From positions 76,632,001 to 76,696,000 of the forward strand of contig OX597820.1 in NCBI GenBank assembly GCA_951406725.2: a stretch of 64,000 nt of DNA, in the 5' to 3' direction. The translations under genes and the position numbers were made by a program. The notes under the pieces are model-generated. The model did not search any database, was not told the DNA's origin, and saw nothing but the letters and a program-made list of their open reading frames with translations. This stretch comes from Octopus vulgaris. Lineage: Eukaryota. Below, piece by piece: positions 41,332 to 55,854 of the stretch (position 1 is its first letter; every line of letters begins with the position of its first letter).

Positions 41332-41663
41332 TTGGCTCAGTGGTTAGAGGGTCAAGTTTACGATCGTGAGGTTGTGAGTTCGAATCCCGGACCGGGCTGC
41401 GTATTGTGTTCTTGAACAAGACACTTTATTTCACGTTGCTAGAGTTCACACAGCCGTAGAAGTGGGCTGCAACGTCACAGGCGCCAAGCTGTATCGGCCC
41501 TTTTGCCCCTCCCTTGGATAACACAGGTGGCGTTGAGAGGGGGAGGCCGGTATATATGGGCGACTTTTGGTCTTCGATAAAAACAACCTTGCCCGGACTA
41601 GTGCCTGGGAGGGTAACTTTGTAGGTGCAATCCCACGGTCAGTCATGACAGAAGGCGGTCTCA
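41332..41663 (+). mobile_element. Nin-domain-like tRNA-derived SINE
   Basis: tggctcagtggttaga A box, gttcgaatcc B box, gtgttcttgaacaagacactttatttcacgttgct core. Confidence 0.85.
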
Positions 41664-42870
41664 GCTTTTGTCACGTAACATTTCCCTTCAACATATTGAC
41701 AAGTGATAATTCAAGTGGAGGATTAAGTCCGGGAGTTGTCAGAATCGTTATAGAGTCAAACAAATTCGCTGAACAGTATTTCTTCCGCCTAGGTTGACTT
41801 TGCTGTTAATCGTTTTGGGGGAACGATAAAGGACGTACCATTTGAGCATTGGTGTCGATGTAATCGAATTTCTCATTCTCTTAACATTACTGGCCTTATG
41901 CGGCTGATAGAATTACAGGAGCGGATATGCACGGCTAAAGTCTCTTGAAGATGGTTCTCAAATATAATCACGGTCTTATGGCTGAAAGCAACAAATGAAT
42001 TATAACAAGAGAATATTACTTATTTTCTTCATACTTTTATTTATTTTTTTTTTTGGAAAGATAGAACTTCCTAATTTCTTCTCGACATCTACATATTTCC
42101 TTTTTCCGATTTCTCAATATCACGACTGGTAATTTTTTTTTTTTTTTTTATGCCTTTCGGTTTCCTTTCTGTGATAATCACATTTGGAATATTTTCAAAA
42201 CCTTATCTATCTCGAGAATGACTGTCTTTAACATAATTCACATTATAAAATTGCTCCCTACGGCTTTCCGTTTGTTAGACGCTGCACAAGCATCTACATT
42301 ATTTATTAATCTTCTGTTTAATCTCCATAGTTCAAATATCAGTTGTCTCTATTTTCTGATTTATCATGCGCTTGCTTTGGTTTGCATACTGTGTCGGAGG
42401 CTTGATTTCGTAGATAACATAGGTTAACTCATTTATCATTTTTCCCATTATGTTTAATTAATTTCTAGTTTTAGAGAATTTTGAACATTTTTAACGAAAC
42501 ATCACGATCTCCCAAATTTCTCATAATCTATCCTATTTTCTCACCTACAAATGACCTTTTCTTCCTGTATTTTGTTATACATTTCTTATGTAGCTAAGAT
42601 GTACTTAATATTCATTCGATCGCGTTCATGTTACCTTATCAACATAGTTAAGATCGCGTCTCCGGAGGTTGAGTTGTATCTGCAAGTCGAATATGATCGT
42701 GCAGAACAGCCTTAGGATCAAACGTATAGAAAACATGGCGATCTAAATATTTTTCATGGGTTAATATCTTCCTTTTAAATATGGCAGGCTTTTATGTGTT
42801 AGAGGCCTACCGCTGGTATTAACTCTTCATAGATCACATAAAGTCTTTCTGTGACGGTTATATAGGGCTT

Positions 42871-43250
42871 GTGCAGGTGCAATGGCCCAGTGAGTAGGGC
42901 AGCGAACTCGCGGTCGTAAGATCACGGTTTCGATTCCCAGACCGAGCGTTGTGAGTGCTTGTTGAGCGAAGACACCTAAAGCTCCACTTGACTCCAGCAG
43001 GGGGTAGTGATGAACCCTGCTGCACTCTTTCACCACAACTTTCACTTTTTCTTCCTGTTTCTGTTGTACCTGTACTTGAAAGGACCGGCCTTGTCACACT
43101 TTGTGTCACGCTGAATCTCCCTGAGAACAATATTAAGTGTACTCTTTTCTGTCGAGAGCTCAGCCACTTGCACGTTAATTTCACGAGCAGGCTGTTCCAC
43201 TGATTGGATCAACAGGAACCCTCGTCGTCGCAACCGACGGAGTGCCACGA
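42871..43250 (+). mobile_element. tRNA-Arg-like headed SINE with 10-bp TSD
   Basis: TATAGGGCTT at 42861-42870 and 43253-43262. Confidence 0.9.
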
Positions 43251-44053
43251 TGTATAGGGCTTATATTGACTATTACACCGATTATTTCATATTAATGGTT
43301 GTTGTTAGCCGTGAATGTCTCAGAATAGCATGTATTTCCTTGGTATTTTATCATAAACAAAACTAAATTATCAGCAGAACTATACTAGCAGGATTCATAC
43401 AATAAACCGACACCATTCATTCTCATCCTTTTCTATGTTTTGTGTTTCAACATTTAATAAAATATAAATGTCATTTCCCATTTTTTAATTCTATTCTGTA
43501 CTATTTTACTCAAAGGTTTATTACACGCATAGAATGATTTCAAACGTCGCTGAGACAAATTGATGGCGTATATTCATTGAAATATTGGCGTCCGATGTAG
43601 ATTCTAATATTCTTACTAAACTGTGCAATCATAATAGTTGACCAGAACTAGAAAACGACGATGTTAAATTATTATGGGTATCTTCTATCGAATTTGACCA
43701 GGTCAAAATGAAATGAATTTGTATTATATTTGTCGACAAAGAAAATGAACGTGTGTTGTATAATCGATATTGCGATTCATGAAAACCACAATGTGGAAAA
43801 GTATTTCAGAAAATATGGTGAATAGGAAACTCTTTATAATATTTCTTCTTTGCAGATATAGCCTATGGATATTTGTGAACATAAATCAATAGTCTGTGGT
43901 AAATTATGGCAAATTTCTTCCTTAGGGTTGTCTCTATTATTAAGATGTTTCATTCACGATTATGTGGTTCAAAATTTGATCCAGTTCTGGATTGTACCTT
44001 CTAAAGTTGTAAGTTAAACTTAATAGAGAAAACTAATACTGAAGCCCGTATAA

Positions 44054-44134
<81 letters not shown>

Positions 44135-44370
44135 GTGTGATATATTTGTCATTAAATTTGATAGAGTGCGCCAAAACACCTACAATGCTAGAAATGAGAG
44201 TTAAAATGCACTGATGCTGCAGTCAACGCATATAATTGAATGCGTATATACGGACAGTGACCGTAAATGGCCGAAATCGGCAGTCATGATATCCATACAC
44301 TGTCAACTGTTGCGACTTCAAAACCGAAACCTTTTCAGTAGCATTGGCTCCACCGGCCAGATTCTGGATA

Positions 44371-44423
<53 letters not shown>

Positions 44424-44454
44424 CACCATTGGGCACCACCTTTATTCGAACATC

Positions 44455-44574
44455 TATTTCTTTACTTATTCAACCATCGCTTTTGCCGAACCGCTAATTT
44501 ACGGGGATGCAAACGCACCAACATCGGTTGTCAAGCGATGGTGGGGTGGGGAAACACAGACAAAAAGACACACA

Positions 44575-44649
<75 letters not shown>

Positions 44650-44802
44650 GACGGGCTTCTTTAAGTTTCCTTCTACCAAATCCACTCAGAAATATTTGGT
44701 CGGCCCGTGGCTATAATAGAAGACACTTGCCTAAGGTGCCACGCAGTGGGACCGAACCTGGAATCATGTGCCTGGGAAGCAAGCTTCTTATCACACAGTC
44801 AC
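44455..44802 (-). mobile_element. CORE-like SINE
   Basis: gccgaaccgctaa..ggttgtcaagcg..(TA)n..ccacgcagtgggac. Confidence 0.85.
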
Positions 44803-44974
44803 TTATTTATAAGTATATTTGTGTAAGTGTGTAAGTGTGTGTGTATGTATGTATGTATTTATGTACATGTATGTATGTACATGTATGTCATACCCCTAAC
44901 AATAATTTCAATTCGAGTCTAAAAAATATTTCATCACCTGACAAGTATTGATATTCGACAAAAAAAATTGTTTA

Positions 44975-45133
44975 ATCCTTGGACGCCGCTGATGCTGCCG
45001 CTCGCAGAAACGCAATAGTGTACAACGAAATGAGCGTCATTCGAAGATTAGCAAAACCTCGCTCTCAGGCACGCTCCAGGTATACTGTTTTCTCTCTTAT
45101 CGTTCCTCTCTCTCTTTCTTTTTCTCCTCTCTT

Positions 45134-45185
<52 letters not shown>

Positions 45186-45390
45186 CTCTGATTTTTAATA
45201 TCTACTGCAATGACTTGTACTCTTCAGAATTCGCTTTCCTCATGCCATCTCCACTCAGATATTTCTGAAACCGTCGTATCGCATCTTTCAAACCTTTGTA
45301 GCGACTCCCCCGAGCCCGCATAAACACTAAGTTCAGTATTTCTTTCCCAGACCGTGTTCTTTTGAAATTTCCTCTTTTACTCAGGTAATT
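44975..45390 (+). promoter_or_regulatory. Possible promoter or first-exon region of a plus-strand transcript
   Basis: Non-repeat CpG-enriched patch, (CT)n tract and CAG|GTAATT at 45384/45385. Confidence 0.3.
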
Positions 45391-47432
45391 TCCCCTGGAT
45401 TTATTGCAATGATCGAAGAGAAGTTTTAATCAAAACACTCTGAGCGGTTTGCGAAGGGCGCTAATATCAAGGAAAGACAGTTACAAAAATATATCTTGGA
45501 TAATTTTGTTCGTTTTGCCCTTTGATATATGGTCTGATATCCAAATTGTTGACAGTCACATTTTGAACGGGAAAATATTCCATCGATGGAAATTATTTCA
45601 TAGGGCGTAAATATGGAGACGATGGGAGTTTGTGTACCTATGATATAACCGAGAGAATTATATTTTCTAAGAGATCATATTTTTTAAAGAATTCTATCAC
45701 TGTTGATATTTATGCATTGAACTATTTTGAATATTGAAAAATAAATAGCATAAAATTTTAACAATCGTGATTATATTGAACAATGTCTTCTCACTTCCAT
45801 TGTTTTAATGTGATTTGGTTTCATTTATGTCTTTGTACACAATTCTCTGCACTTTATTGAGTGAGTGAATAGGCCCTAGCAGTAATAAAAAATATTAATG
45901 TTTCTATTTTCTTTTTTTTAATATATTGTATGAATATTATAATATTATTGTTACTAAGTTCATGAGTATAACAAAAAGCTGTCGATGTTGGAGTACCGCT
46001 CGCCCTTTTCCATTGTGATATCAAATCCCGCAAACTTTGACATTTGAGTTGATAGAATCAAATAACGTACCACTAAAGTATAAGAATCGATTTCATTGAT
46101 TATATCGCCTGTCCTATAAACCTTTGGTATTTTGCCAAACCTAGAGATCATAATTCCAATGATTAATGGCAAGTAACTTTGAGGATGGGTAAGCTCTGTG
46201 CGATTAGCGTAATGACCTTGTTTGAAGTATTGCTTATGATTGTCTAAACTTCACTGGAATCTTTAATAACTTTGAGTCATAAACAAGACATAAACTCATA
46301 ATAACGGACTGCATTCCTCTTCACCATAATTACAAAGTGTTATGTCTATGTTAGAAATCAATATATTTAAGTGAGAATGTCACTGAACACTAAGAGAAAA
46401 CAAATAGTTACACACTTTAATTTTCAACCTCAAAAAGAAAGTGAAACGAAAATAAACAAGCCTCTTGTGTCAGATTTCCTGCCTAAGAAATCTCTATAAA
46501 AAGCTACAGACTTAGTGCGGCATAAAAATAGTCAATAGGAATCAATTTCCTATTGATTCCCAACCAAAATACTTCCATATGGTTTCGCTAGAGAACTTTG
46601 GCGTTTATGCAAAGTATTATATTGACACTCAGCGTGACAGTGTGCTTTTAAAGGAGTCCAACAAAGCCATTGACTTTTCGTTTGGTTCTTTGTATTTCCC
46701 AATTTTGTCAATAATAATGCTGTTTTCCTTTTCCGTTGGCTACAATAGAATAGTTGAGTTTTATGTTCACGAAATCTGCCGAAAGGTGATTATCTGACAA
46801 TAGCAATATAAAAACACGAAGATCCACAGTCAATAACTAACAGCTCCAGGCATATGCAAATCACGGCTTGATATTGTTTCTATTGTAAGGAATAATTGGG
46901 TTTCATCTATGTTTCACTTTTAGAATGGTTCTGTCAGTGGAAGTTGGTTTTAACATTGTCAATTATTCCAAAACTTTGGCACTGTACCTTTCTCCTTTTG
47001 TAGATTGCAGATTACACATTGAATATTTATTAGTACATTAGTCTGCAGTAATTTTTTTTTTAAATTTAAAATAAGGGTAAATATTGTGAGGCACATAATA
47101 TTTTTTAACTATTTCACTACATACTTATGACTGGTGTAGGAAACTTTCTTTGAGGTTACTTCGGAAAAGGTTCCAGTTGAGTTTTCAAAACCGCAAAAAA
47201 AAAAAAAAAATACAACCTCTCATCTTTCGGAAAATAAGTTATGTCTATGAAAATTTTATAATCACAGGGTGTTAAAAATTCTGTGAGATAATATAAATAA
47301 TGCAGTTTCGAATGGACGCTGTCGACGAATCTGCACATGAAAGAGTATTGGAACCCTTCGTACGACAAATACGCACAGCACACTAAGATGCACACACACA
47401 CACACATACACACACACTTATACAGATACATT

Positions 47433-47507
<75 letters not shown>

Positions 47508-47524
47508 GTATATATATGTATATG

Positions 47525-47598
<74 letters not shown>

Positions 47599-47695
47599 AG
47601 GTGGTGCTATTAAGTTAGACATGGCCTGGGCCAATAATGGCCGAAACCTATCAAAGTATCAAAGTATATGTATGTATATGTATATATATATATAC

Positions 47696-47761
<66 letters not shown>

Positions 47762-49640
47762 GTGCATCTATATATTACATACACATGTGTGCTATACATT
47801 TTTACAATATATGTCGATATATGCAGAACTACACATGCGCATGTATAAATCAGGTGTGTTTGAGAAACCTTTTGTGTGATCAAGGTCATATAAACCTACT
47901 CATTTTTCTTTTGTCTTTAGCTACCTCTTTGACCACCGCTGCTTCCATCCTGCTAAACACCTCTGTTGAAATTTTCTGTCCATTGATGCTCCTCACTAGA
48001 ATCTTTCTGCTTCTACTCTTTCTTTCTTTCTTTCTTTCTTTCTCTCTCTCTCTCTCACTCTCTTTTTCTTTTGTCACTCTTTCATGTCTTTTTATTCTCT
48101 GTAGCTGTATCACTATACAATCAACATTTCATTCATCTCTCCTTTTTCTCTCTCTCTCTCTCTATCACTCACAGGGCTTTTATTTTTTTATTACTATCTC
48201 TTCTTATTTTCTGATGCGCTAACATTTTAGCTTCACTTCATGTCACTCCTCTCTCATATGACCAATCACCACTTCTTTCTCGAAGCCTAGTCCCTATCTT
48301 TGTTCCATTCATTTTAATTAACTTAGGCGGGATGATAAATTGCGTGAGTGTGAGTTCAAATTTTATTCACTAAATTCAACTAAATTAAGCTTTCTGTATT
48401 AATATAAATGCAATTGTGAATTAATGAATGCAATTGCCAGGCATAACAAAGGCGCTGGTTGATTGGCAAAAGTGAGCGCTCAATCAAAAATTCGATGCGG
48501 AGAATGTATGGAAATATATGCAAATATGAGGGGAGCAGTTGGAAAGGGAAGTTAAAAGTGTACAAGATAAACACGATGGGAGTTAGAAAAAGATGATCCA
48601 TGAAAATTGAATATCTTCACCAAATAGCGGAAGTGAGAGCCCCTAGCTGCTATCCTTCATTTAAACGTGGAAGAACAAATTTACAAAAGTGAAGAAATCA
48701 AGGCATCACGGCTGAAGGCCAGCATGGTATAAGGTATGCCTACGCCAATCGATGACTGCATGCTGTATCAGCTGGTCAAAATGAATATCTTTACTTATGA
48801 CCTCTTCTCCATAGACTTGCGAGAGACAATAGAATTTCAAGATCACGGAAAAGGCAAAGGTAAAGTTTGTGAGGTTACACAGAGTAAAGAGTGTAATGTC
48901 TTAGGCAGATACTGCCGTAGTAGGATGTCTATTGGGATATTCCAGCATCAAGTAATTAGATGTCAAACAGCCAAAAGCCTCAGAATTGTTAACACCATAC
49001 CGCTGAAATGCTGCGAAGTATGCAATCTATTTTGCCGTTTCTCAAATATTATGATAATGTTACCAAAGATCCAAACATCAAGATGAATAGACTTACGTCT
49101 CTTTGGAATTGGCTACGAACAAGAAATCTATAATGCAGCCCTAACTGGAATTGAGAAGACGATCAGGAATATATAAAAATATGGCCTAACGCAACAGAAT
49201 ACCAATGAACACAACAATTTATCCACAGTCGTCTGAAGGAAATTCCGTGAAATATAAATCACTATTGACATATTATGGTCATGAATTCTAAATGGCTGCA
49301 CCTTACAGAGTAGCCTATCATTTTATTTCGCCCCCTTTTTGCTTTTCTTTCTCTCTTTCTCCTTTTACCACCCAAAACACACACAGCAAATTGTTTCTCG
49401 TCTTGTAAACAAAGCAAAACAGCACCGATTCATATAAATGAACACCGAAACGTTCTGATTTGACCATTTCCATTCTGTCTTGACGAGATCGATAAACGAA
49501 CGAAAGTGCTAATAAAGAATTGCCCAAAATTCTGACTGCCTCCTTTTTCTCAATATACAATATCTGTACACCACTTCAAACATTCTATACATGCATATAT
49601 ACATATATATACATACATACATATATATATACATACATAC

Positions 49641-49680
<40 letters not shown>

Positions 49681-49689
49681 ATACACACA

Positions 49690-49765
<76 letters not shown>

Positions 49766-50457
49766 ATATAAATTGGACATGGGCGATCGTTGTATTCTTT
49801 CTTGTCTTGAGGTTCGCAGCCAAACGGCTGGGTGGATGCGGGTGAAACATGACACACATGTGGATACGGGTGCATGCATTGGAATGCGGTTAGTATTTTT
49901 TTCTTAGTCTCCATACTTACAGAGAAAATCTATTAAAACTTTTCTAATGGAACTCCCCGGTTTGTTCCACCATTAAAACAACCAGTTGCTCCAACAGCAT
50001 GCATATAGCATTTTGCTAGCAAACAAGGGAGTACAGGATGACAATCAGCCAAAACTTTCTCGCTACGCTGTCTCTCTACTTTCACCTCCTTGTGGGGTTT
50101 GCCTTAAAAGACGTCAATCATCACGACACACACGTTCACTCACTCTGTCTCTCTTTATCACCTTCTTTCTCTCACACATGCATAGGCGCAAGCACAGACG
50201 CACGCACGCACGCACACACACGCACACACACACGCACACGTCCATTTCAAATATCCTCTTTCAATTTCTGCTCTCTGCAAATAAATTTTTTACAGATACA
50301 ACTGCTTACAGAAATAGGGATTGATGTATACTTTCTTTCTATGTTCTTAATTAAATCAATGTTTTAATGATTAGACAGACGTCCAGTAGAATAGCTCTCA
50401 GAAACAAACTACGTACAAATACGTCAATCATCACGACACACACCTTCTCTCACTCAT

Positions 50458-51738
50458 ATAAATATGGATGTAATATACCTTGATTTTGCAAAAGATCTTG
50501 ACAAGGTAGATCATGGTATGATATGCAACAAACTGCGTGACCTTGGCATAGCTGGAAAACTTGGAGTGTGGTTACATGACTTCCTGAAAGATAGTGGTCA
50601 GGCAGTAGTGGCTAATGGAACCACCTCTATGAACACACAAATAGTGAGCGGTATTCCACAGGGCACTGTCTTGGGACCACTGCTTTTTATAGTGGCCCTC
50701 TCAGATATGCCCTCAAATGCCCGGATAGCCACTCTGGCAAGCTATGCAGATGATACGAAAGTCTCGCAGAAAATACAGAACCCCAGCGATGTTGCACACC
50801 TGCAGCAGGAGTTGGTCTCAAACTACAGATGGGCTGAGGATAATAATATGCAGTTTAATGCTGAAAAATTCCAGGCCCTGCGCTAACAGCATCCAAAACT
50901 GAATATTAAACCTGCAAGGTACACCGGTCCACAGGGAATTCCAATCCCAGAGCCTAAGTCAGTGAGGGACCTGGATATCGACATGAGTGATGATACCTCT
51001 TTCCAAGTGCACATTACCAGGATGGCGACAAAGTGCAGACGACTGGCTGGATGGATCCTAAGAACATTGAGAACCAGAGATAAGCAAACCATGATGGTCC
51101 TCTGGCGGACATTCGTCCTCAGCCGCCTGGATTACTGCTCACAGCTATGGTCACCTACCATTGTGAGATTAACAGCGGACGATGAAGCAATCCAGAGAAG
51201 ATTCACAAAGAAGATCGTCTCTTTGCAACAGCTCAGCGACTGGGAAAGGTTGAAACAGCTAAGACTCTACTCCCCGGAGAGAAGCTGGGAGAGGTATGCA
51301 GTAATATATATCTGGAAGATTCTGGAAGGAATTGTACCAAATTTTGGCATTGAAAGCTACACCAATGCCGGAACGGGACGACACTGCATGGTGCCAAAGT
51401 TCCCAGCAATGCCATTACGTTTCAGGACCAGCTTCTGCAACAGCCTATGATTCAATGGCCCTCAGCTTTTTAATATTCTCCCAAAGAGTCTGAGGGACTT
51501 GCACAAAGTAGATGTAGGGTTTTTTAAATCAAAGCTGGACCTCTTACTGTCGAGAGTCCCAGATGAGCTTATCTCATGGCAAGAGGTGCAAATTAGAGTA
51601 ACTATATCAAACTCCATTCTTCATCAAGTGCCACATATTAGAGGAGGCTCCTAGTAGTAACAGTGTAGCGCAAAACGGCGGTGCATCAGCATGGCCGCAG
51701 CACTTAGCTGGAACATAAAATAAAAAAAATATTAAAAA
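50458..51738 (+). mobile_element. 5'-truncated CR1/L2-group LINE reverse transcriptase pseudogene
   Basis: DVIYLDFAK, GIPQGTVLGPLLF, YADDTK, RLDYCSQLWSP; a single frame 50464-51654 with two in-frame stops (ending 50886 and 51450); A-rich tail. Confidence 0.95.
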
Positions 51739-51744
51739 AACATA

Positions 51745-52162
51745 TACTCTTTTCTCTTTTACTCTTTTACTTGTTTCAGTCCTTTGACTGCGGCCATGCT
51801 GGAGCACCGCCTTTAGTCGAGCGACTCGACCCCGGGACTTATTCTTTTTTTGTAAGCCCAGTACTTATGCTATCGGTCTCTTTTGCCGAACCGCTAAGTA
51901 ACGGGGACATAAACACACCAGCATCGGTTGTCAAGCAATGCTAGGGGACAAACACAGACACACAAACAAACACGCATACATATATATACACATATATACG
52001 ACAGGCTTCTTTCAGTTTCCGTCTACCAAATCCACTCACAAGGCATTGGTCGGCCCGGGGCTATAGCAGAAGACACTTGCCCAAGATGCCACGTAGTGGG
52101 ACTGAACCCGGAACCATGTGGTTGGTTAGCAAGCTACTTACCACACAGCCACTCCTGCGCCT
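51745..52162 (-). mobile_element. Well-preserved full-length CORE-like SINE
   Basis: Complete head ggcgcaggagtggctgtgtggtaag through tail gactgaaacaagtaaaagagta. Confidence 0.92.
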
Positions 52163-52171
52163 ATATATATA

Positions 52172-52434
52172 TACTCTTTACTCTTTTATTTGTTTCAGTC
52201 ATTTGACAGTGGCCATGCTGAAGCACCGTCTTTAGCCGAGAAAATCGACCCTATGACTTATTCTTTGTAAGCCTATTACTCATTGTATCGGTCTCTTTGC
52301 CGAACCGTTAAGTTATGCGCACGTAAACACACCAGTATCGGTTGTCAAGCAATGTTGGGGGGGGACAAACACAGACGCACAACCATATACACACACAAAC
52401 ATACATATACATACATACACATACATATACATAC

Positions 52435-52473
<39 letters not shown>

Positions 52474-52723
52474 TATATACATATATATATATACATATAC
52501 ATATATATATATACATGTCCGTCCCTTCGTGTATTTCACGTTATTTATTTATGTAAAGGCTTATTATATATACATATACATATACACATATACATATATT
52601 CATATACATATACACGCATACATATACATATATACATATACATATATATATATACATATATATATATACATATACATATATATATATACACATATACATA
52701 TATATATACATATACATATATAT

Positions 52724-52806
<83 letters not shown>

Positions 52807-53220
52807 CATATACATTTTTTTTCACTGCCTACAAGGGGCTAAATATAGAGGGGACAAACAAGGATAGACAAAGGGATTAAGTCGATTACATCGACCCTAA
52901 TGCGAAACTGGTACTTTATTTATCAACCCCGAAAGGATGAAAGGCAAAGTCGACCTCGGCGGGCTTTGAACTCAAAACGTAACGACAGACGAAATACCGC
53001 TAAGCATTTATCCCAGCGCGCTAACGTTTCTGCCAGCTCACCGCCTTCATACATATATACGACGAGCTTCTTTCTGTTTCCGTCTACCAAATCCACTCAC
53101 AAGGCTTTGGTCGGTCCGCGGCTATAGCAGAAGACACTAGATTAAGGTGCCACGCAGTGGGACTGAACCCGGAACTATGTGGATGGTAAGCAAGCTCCTT
53201 TCCACAAAGCCACTCCTATG

Positions 53221-53222
<2 letters not shown>
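52172..53222 (-). mobile_element. CORE-like SINE whose internal microsatellite hosts a nested Meta-like SINE (52815-53048)
   Basis: Tail 52172-52380, expanded repeats, nested SINE, head 53060-53222. Confidence 0.88.
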
Positions 53223-53297
<75 letters not shown>

Positions 53298-54135
53298 CTA
53301 TTTGTTGTCTAAACATATGCGCTTGTGCATACATGTCTAAAGTCACATAAGCGTCTTTCGTTTCATTTTGTAACAGTTGTCATGGAATATATGATGCAAA
53401 GGCCTGTGTTAAGCAATATTTCACTATACATCGGTGGTGGTGGTTGTGGTGGTTGTGGTGGCGCTAGGGATTCTGATATCAACAACAGAAGCATTGATTA
53501 TACATCGCTTATCTATCCTTAATGTTAATTCATAATTACCCTTTTGTTTTGATTATCGATATTATTTTTTATCAGAAATCCTTCAATTGTTTTCCATTCT
53601 GCAGAGAGTATTATATTGTTTATTTGCTGTTCCTATAATTCTAAACGTTTTGTCTTCCTCCAATCAACATTTCTTGTGATTGCTATCATAAGACTGCGTA
53701 CTTGCTGAGGTTTTTCTTTTTGTATGAATACATGTGACTATGCGTTTGTGCTTCTCCAACAAGAAATCACCGAAAATAAAATAGCTAACATAACTGATAA
53801 CAACGAAGCAAACACACAGATACACATACACCCCTGTCTCAATATACAGCGAAAATATTATAGAAGCACAGAGTTACACCTACACACATGTCCACACGAT
53901 GTCGGCATAATACATACGCATGTCCAGCGAAATATCTACTCGGAAAATGCAAATATGAAGCACCACAAAATAGGTCACGGAAAAGGACATTAATTAAAAA
54001 TGAAATAAATATACGTGACAGATATGTGCTTTTTCATTATCAGAATAAAGGTATTTAAGGGTCGATTCGTTAACAATAAAGGACTAGAACAAATACTTGA
54101 TTTATAATTAGCAGAACGCCATTGAATTTATAATG

Positions 54136-54215
<80 letters not shown>

Positions 54216-54254
54216 AATAACTATTTATATGTGTGTGTGTGTGTGTGTGTGTAA

Positions 54255-54403
54255 AGCGCAGGAGTGGCTGTGTGGTAAGAATTTTGCTATGGAACCACAC
54301 GACCCCAGGCTCAGTCCTAATGCGTCGTGGCACTTTGGTCAAGTGTCTTCTACTATAGCTTCGGACCGACCAAAGCCTTTGATTGGACTTGAAGCTCGTC
54401 GTG

Positions 54404-54478
<75 letters not shown>

Positions 54479-54680
54479 ATGTGTGTGTATGCTGGTACTT
54501 ATATGTGTATGTCTGTGATTGTCCCCACGCCATTACTTGACAACCGATGATCGTGTGTTTATATCCCCGAAACTTAATGATTCAGCAACAGAGATTGATA
54601 GAAGTACTAGTGATACAAAGAAGAAGTCCTGGGGTCGATTTCTTCTACTAAAGTCCTTTACGGTGGTGAGCCTGCATGGC
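54255..54680 (+). mobile_element. CORE-like SINE
   Basis: gcgcaggagtggctgtgtggtaag head with internal (TG)n. Confidence 0.85.
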
Positions 54681-54684
54681 TAGG

Positions 54685-55810
54685 GTGCAAACAGATGGCA
54701 GCATACGGTTGTGAGGGCAATGAGAGCTAGCAGTAACGTTCATGAGGCGTTGTGCCGATTGACATCGATGCATTTACTTGGAAAGTTGCGAAATGAAATT
54801 TGTGCTTTCGTGATCACGTGTTTGCTGTTATCTGCGATTTTGTAATCGACAGAAGCAATGAGCCAATGTAAAATTTTATGTTGAACTTGCGGTGTCTGCC
54901 ACAGAGACATTGAGCATGCTTTGGCAAGATTACGTCGATGAGACAATGGGTCGTACGCAATATTTTAAGTGGAGTGGGTGATTCAAAAGTGGGCGGGCGT
55001 CCGTAGAAGACAATGGGCGATCTGGAAAACCTGCCACGAGCGTCACCCCTGAAATGTGGTATGGTGCTTCCAAAATTCGTACTTTACGACCAGACTACCG
55101 ATCGGGATTTCTTCAGCGAAGCTTTGACGTGTTTGAAGGAGGACATTATGCGAAAGCGACCACAGCTTTGTGAGTGGATTTGGTAGACGGAAACAGAAAG
55201 TAGCCCGTCGCAAACGCGTAGTCAATTTAATATTTGATTTGTTTTGAGATTTTAGAATAATATTTATAAGATATTTAATTCATTTCTATGTGGTTATTAT
55301 AGATAATTTCTTTTCACCATTGATAGAATAATCAAATAGCGGTTTGTCTCTAAATTCTCTCTCTCTCTCTCTCTCTTTCTGTATATATATATAATATATA
55401 ATATATATTGTGAATTTTGATTTAATGTGCCAAATTGAAAATTTGTGGGACGCGAATAATTGCAACGTGTCACCCAGCTTGCCTCACTCGTGGCATTTCT
55501 CGATCAAAGCAGCATGGTATCGCTTCCACACACGCTCTATTTGCCCGATTTAGTACCTACGAACTTCCATCGCTTCCCCAAAATGAAAAGGCAGCAGCTC
55601 AAATGTGCCGTTTAAATACCAGAACGAATCACAGAAGGTCTTCGACTCGCTTACGCAAAATGATTTCCAAGCGAGATTCCGAAAGTGGACCGAAAGCTGG
55701 GACCGGTATATTGCCGCACAAAGTAACTATTTCAAAGATGCTATTAAAACTAAGGTAGATAAGGATAAGTTAGTAAATATAACTAGCCCGGGACCTTTTT
55801 GGTGCCACCT

Positions 55811-55813
<3 letters not shown>
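54685..55813 (+). mobile_element. Mariner (DD34D-like) transposon remnant, deleted and interrupted at ~55165-55435
   Basis: ANVKFYVELAVSATETLSML..FKSGRASVEDNGRSGKPATS; LYLPDLVPTNF..FPKMK; FRKWTESWDRYIAAQSNYF; 3' TIR-like ggacctttttggtgccaccttgt. Confidence 0.9.
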
Positions 55814-55841
<28 letters not shown>

Positions 55842-55854
55842 TTATATATATATA

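Noticed and set aside
41332-41400. tRNA gene
   Set aside because: The A and B boxes belong to a SINE head continuing into core and tail; the same applies near 27200, 31600 and 42880
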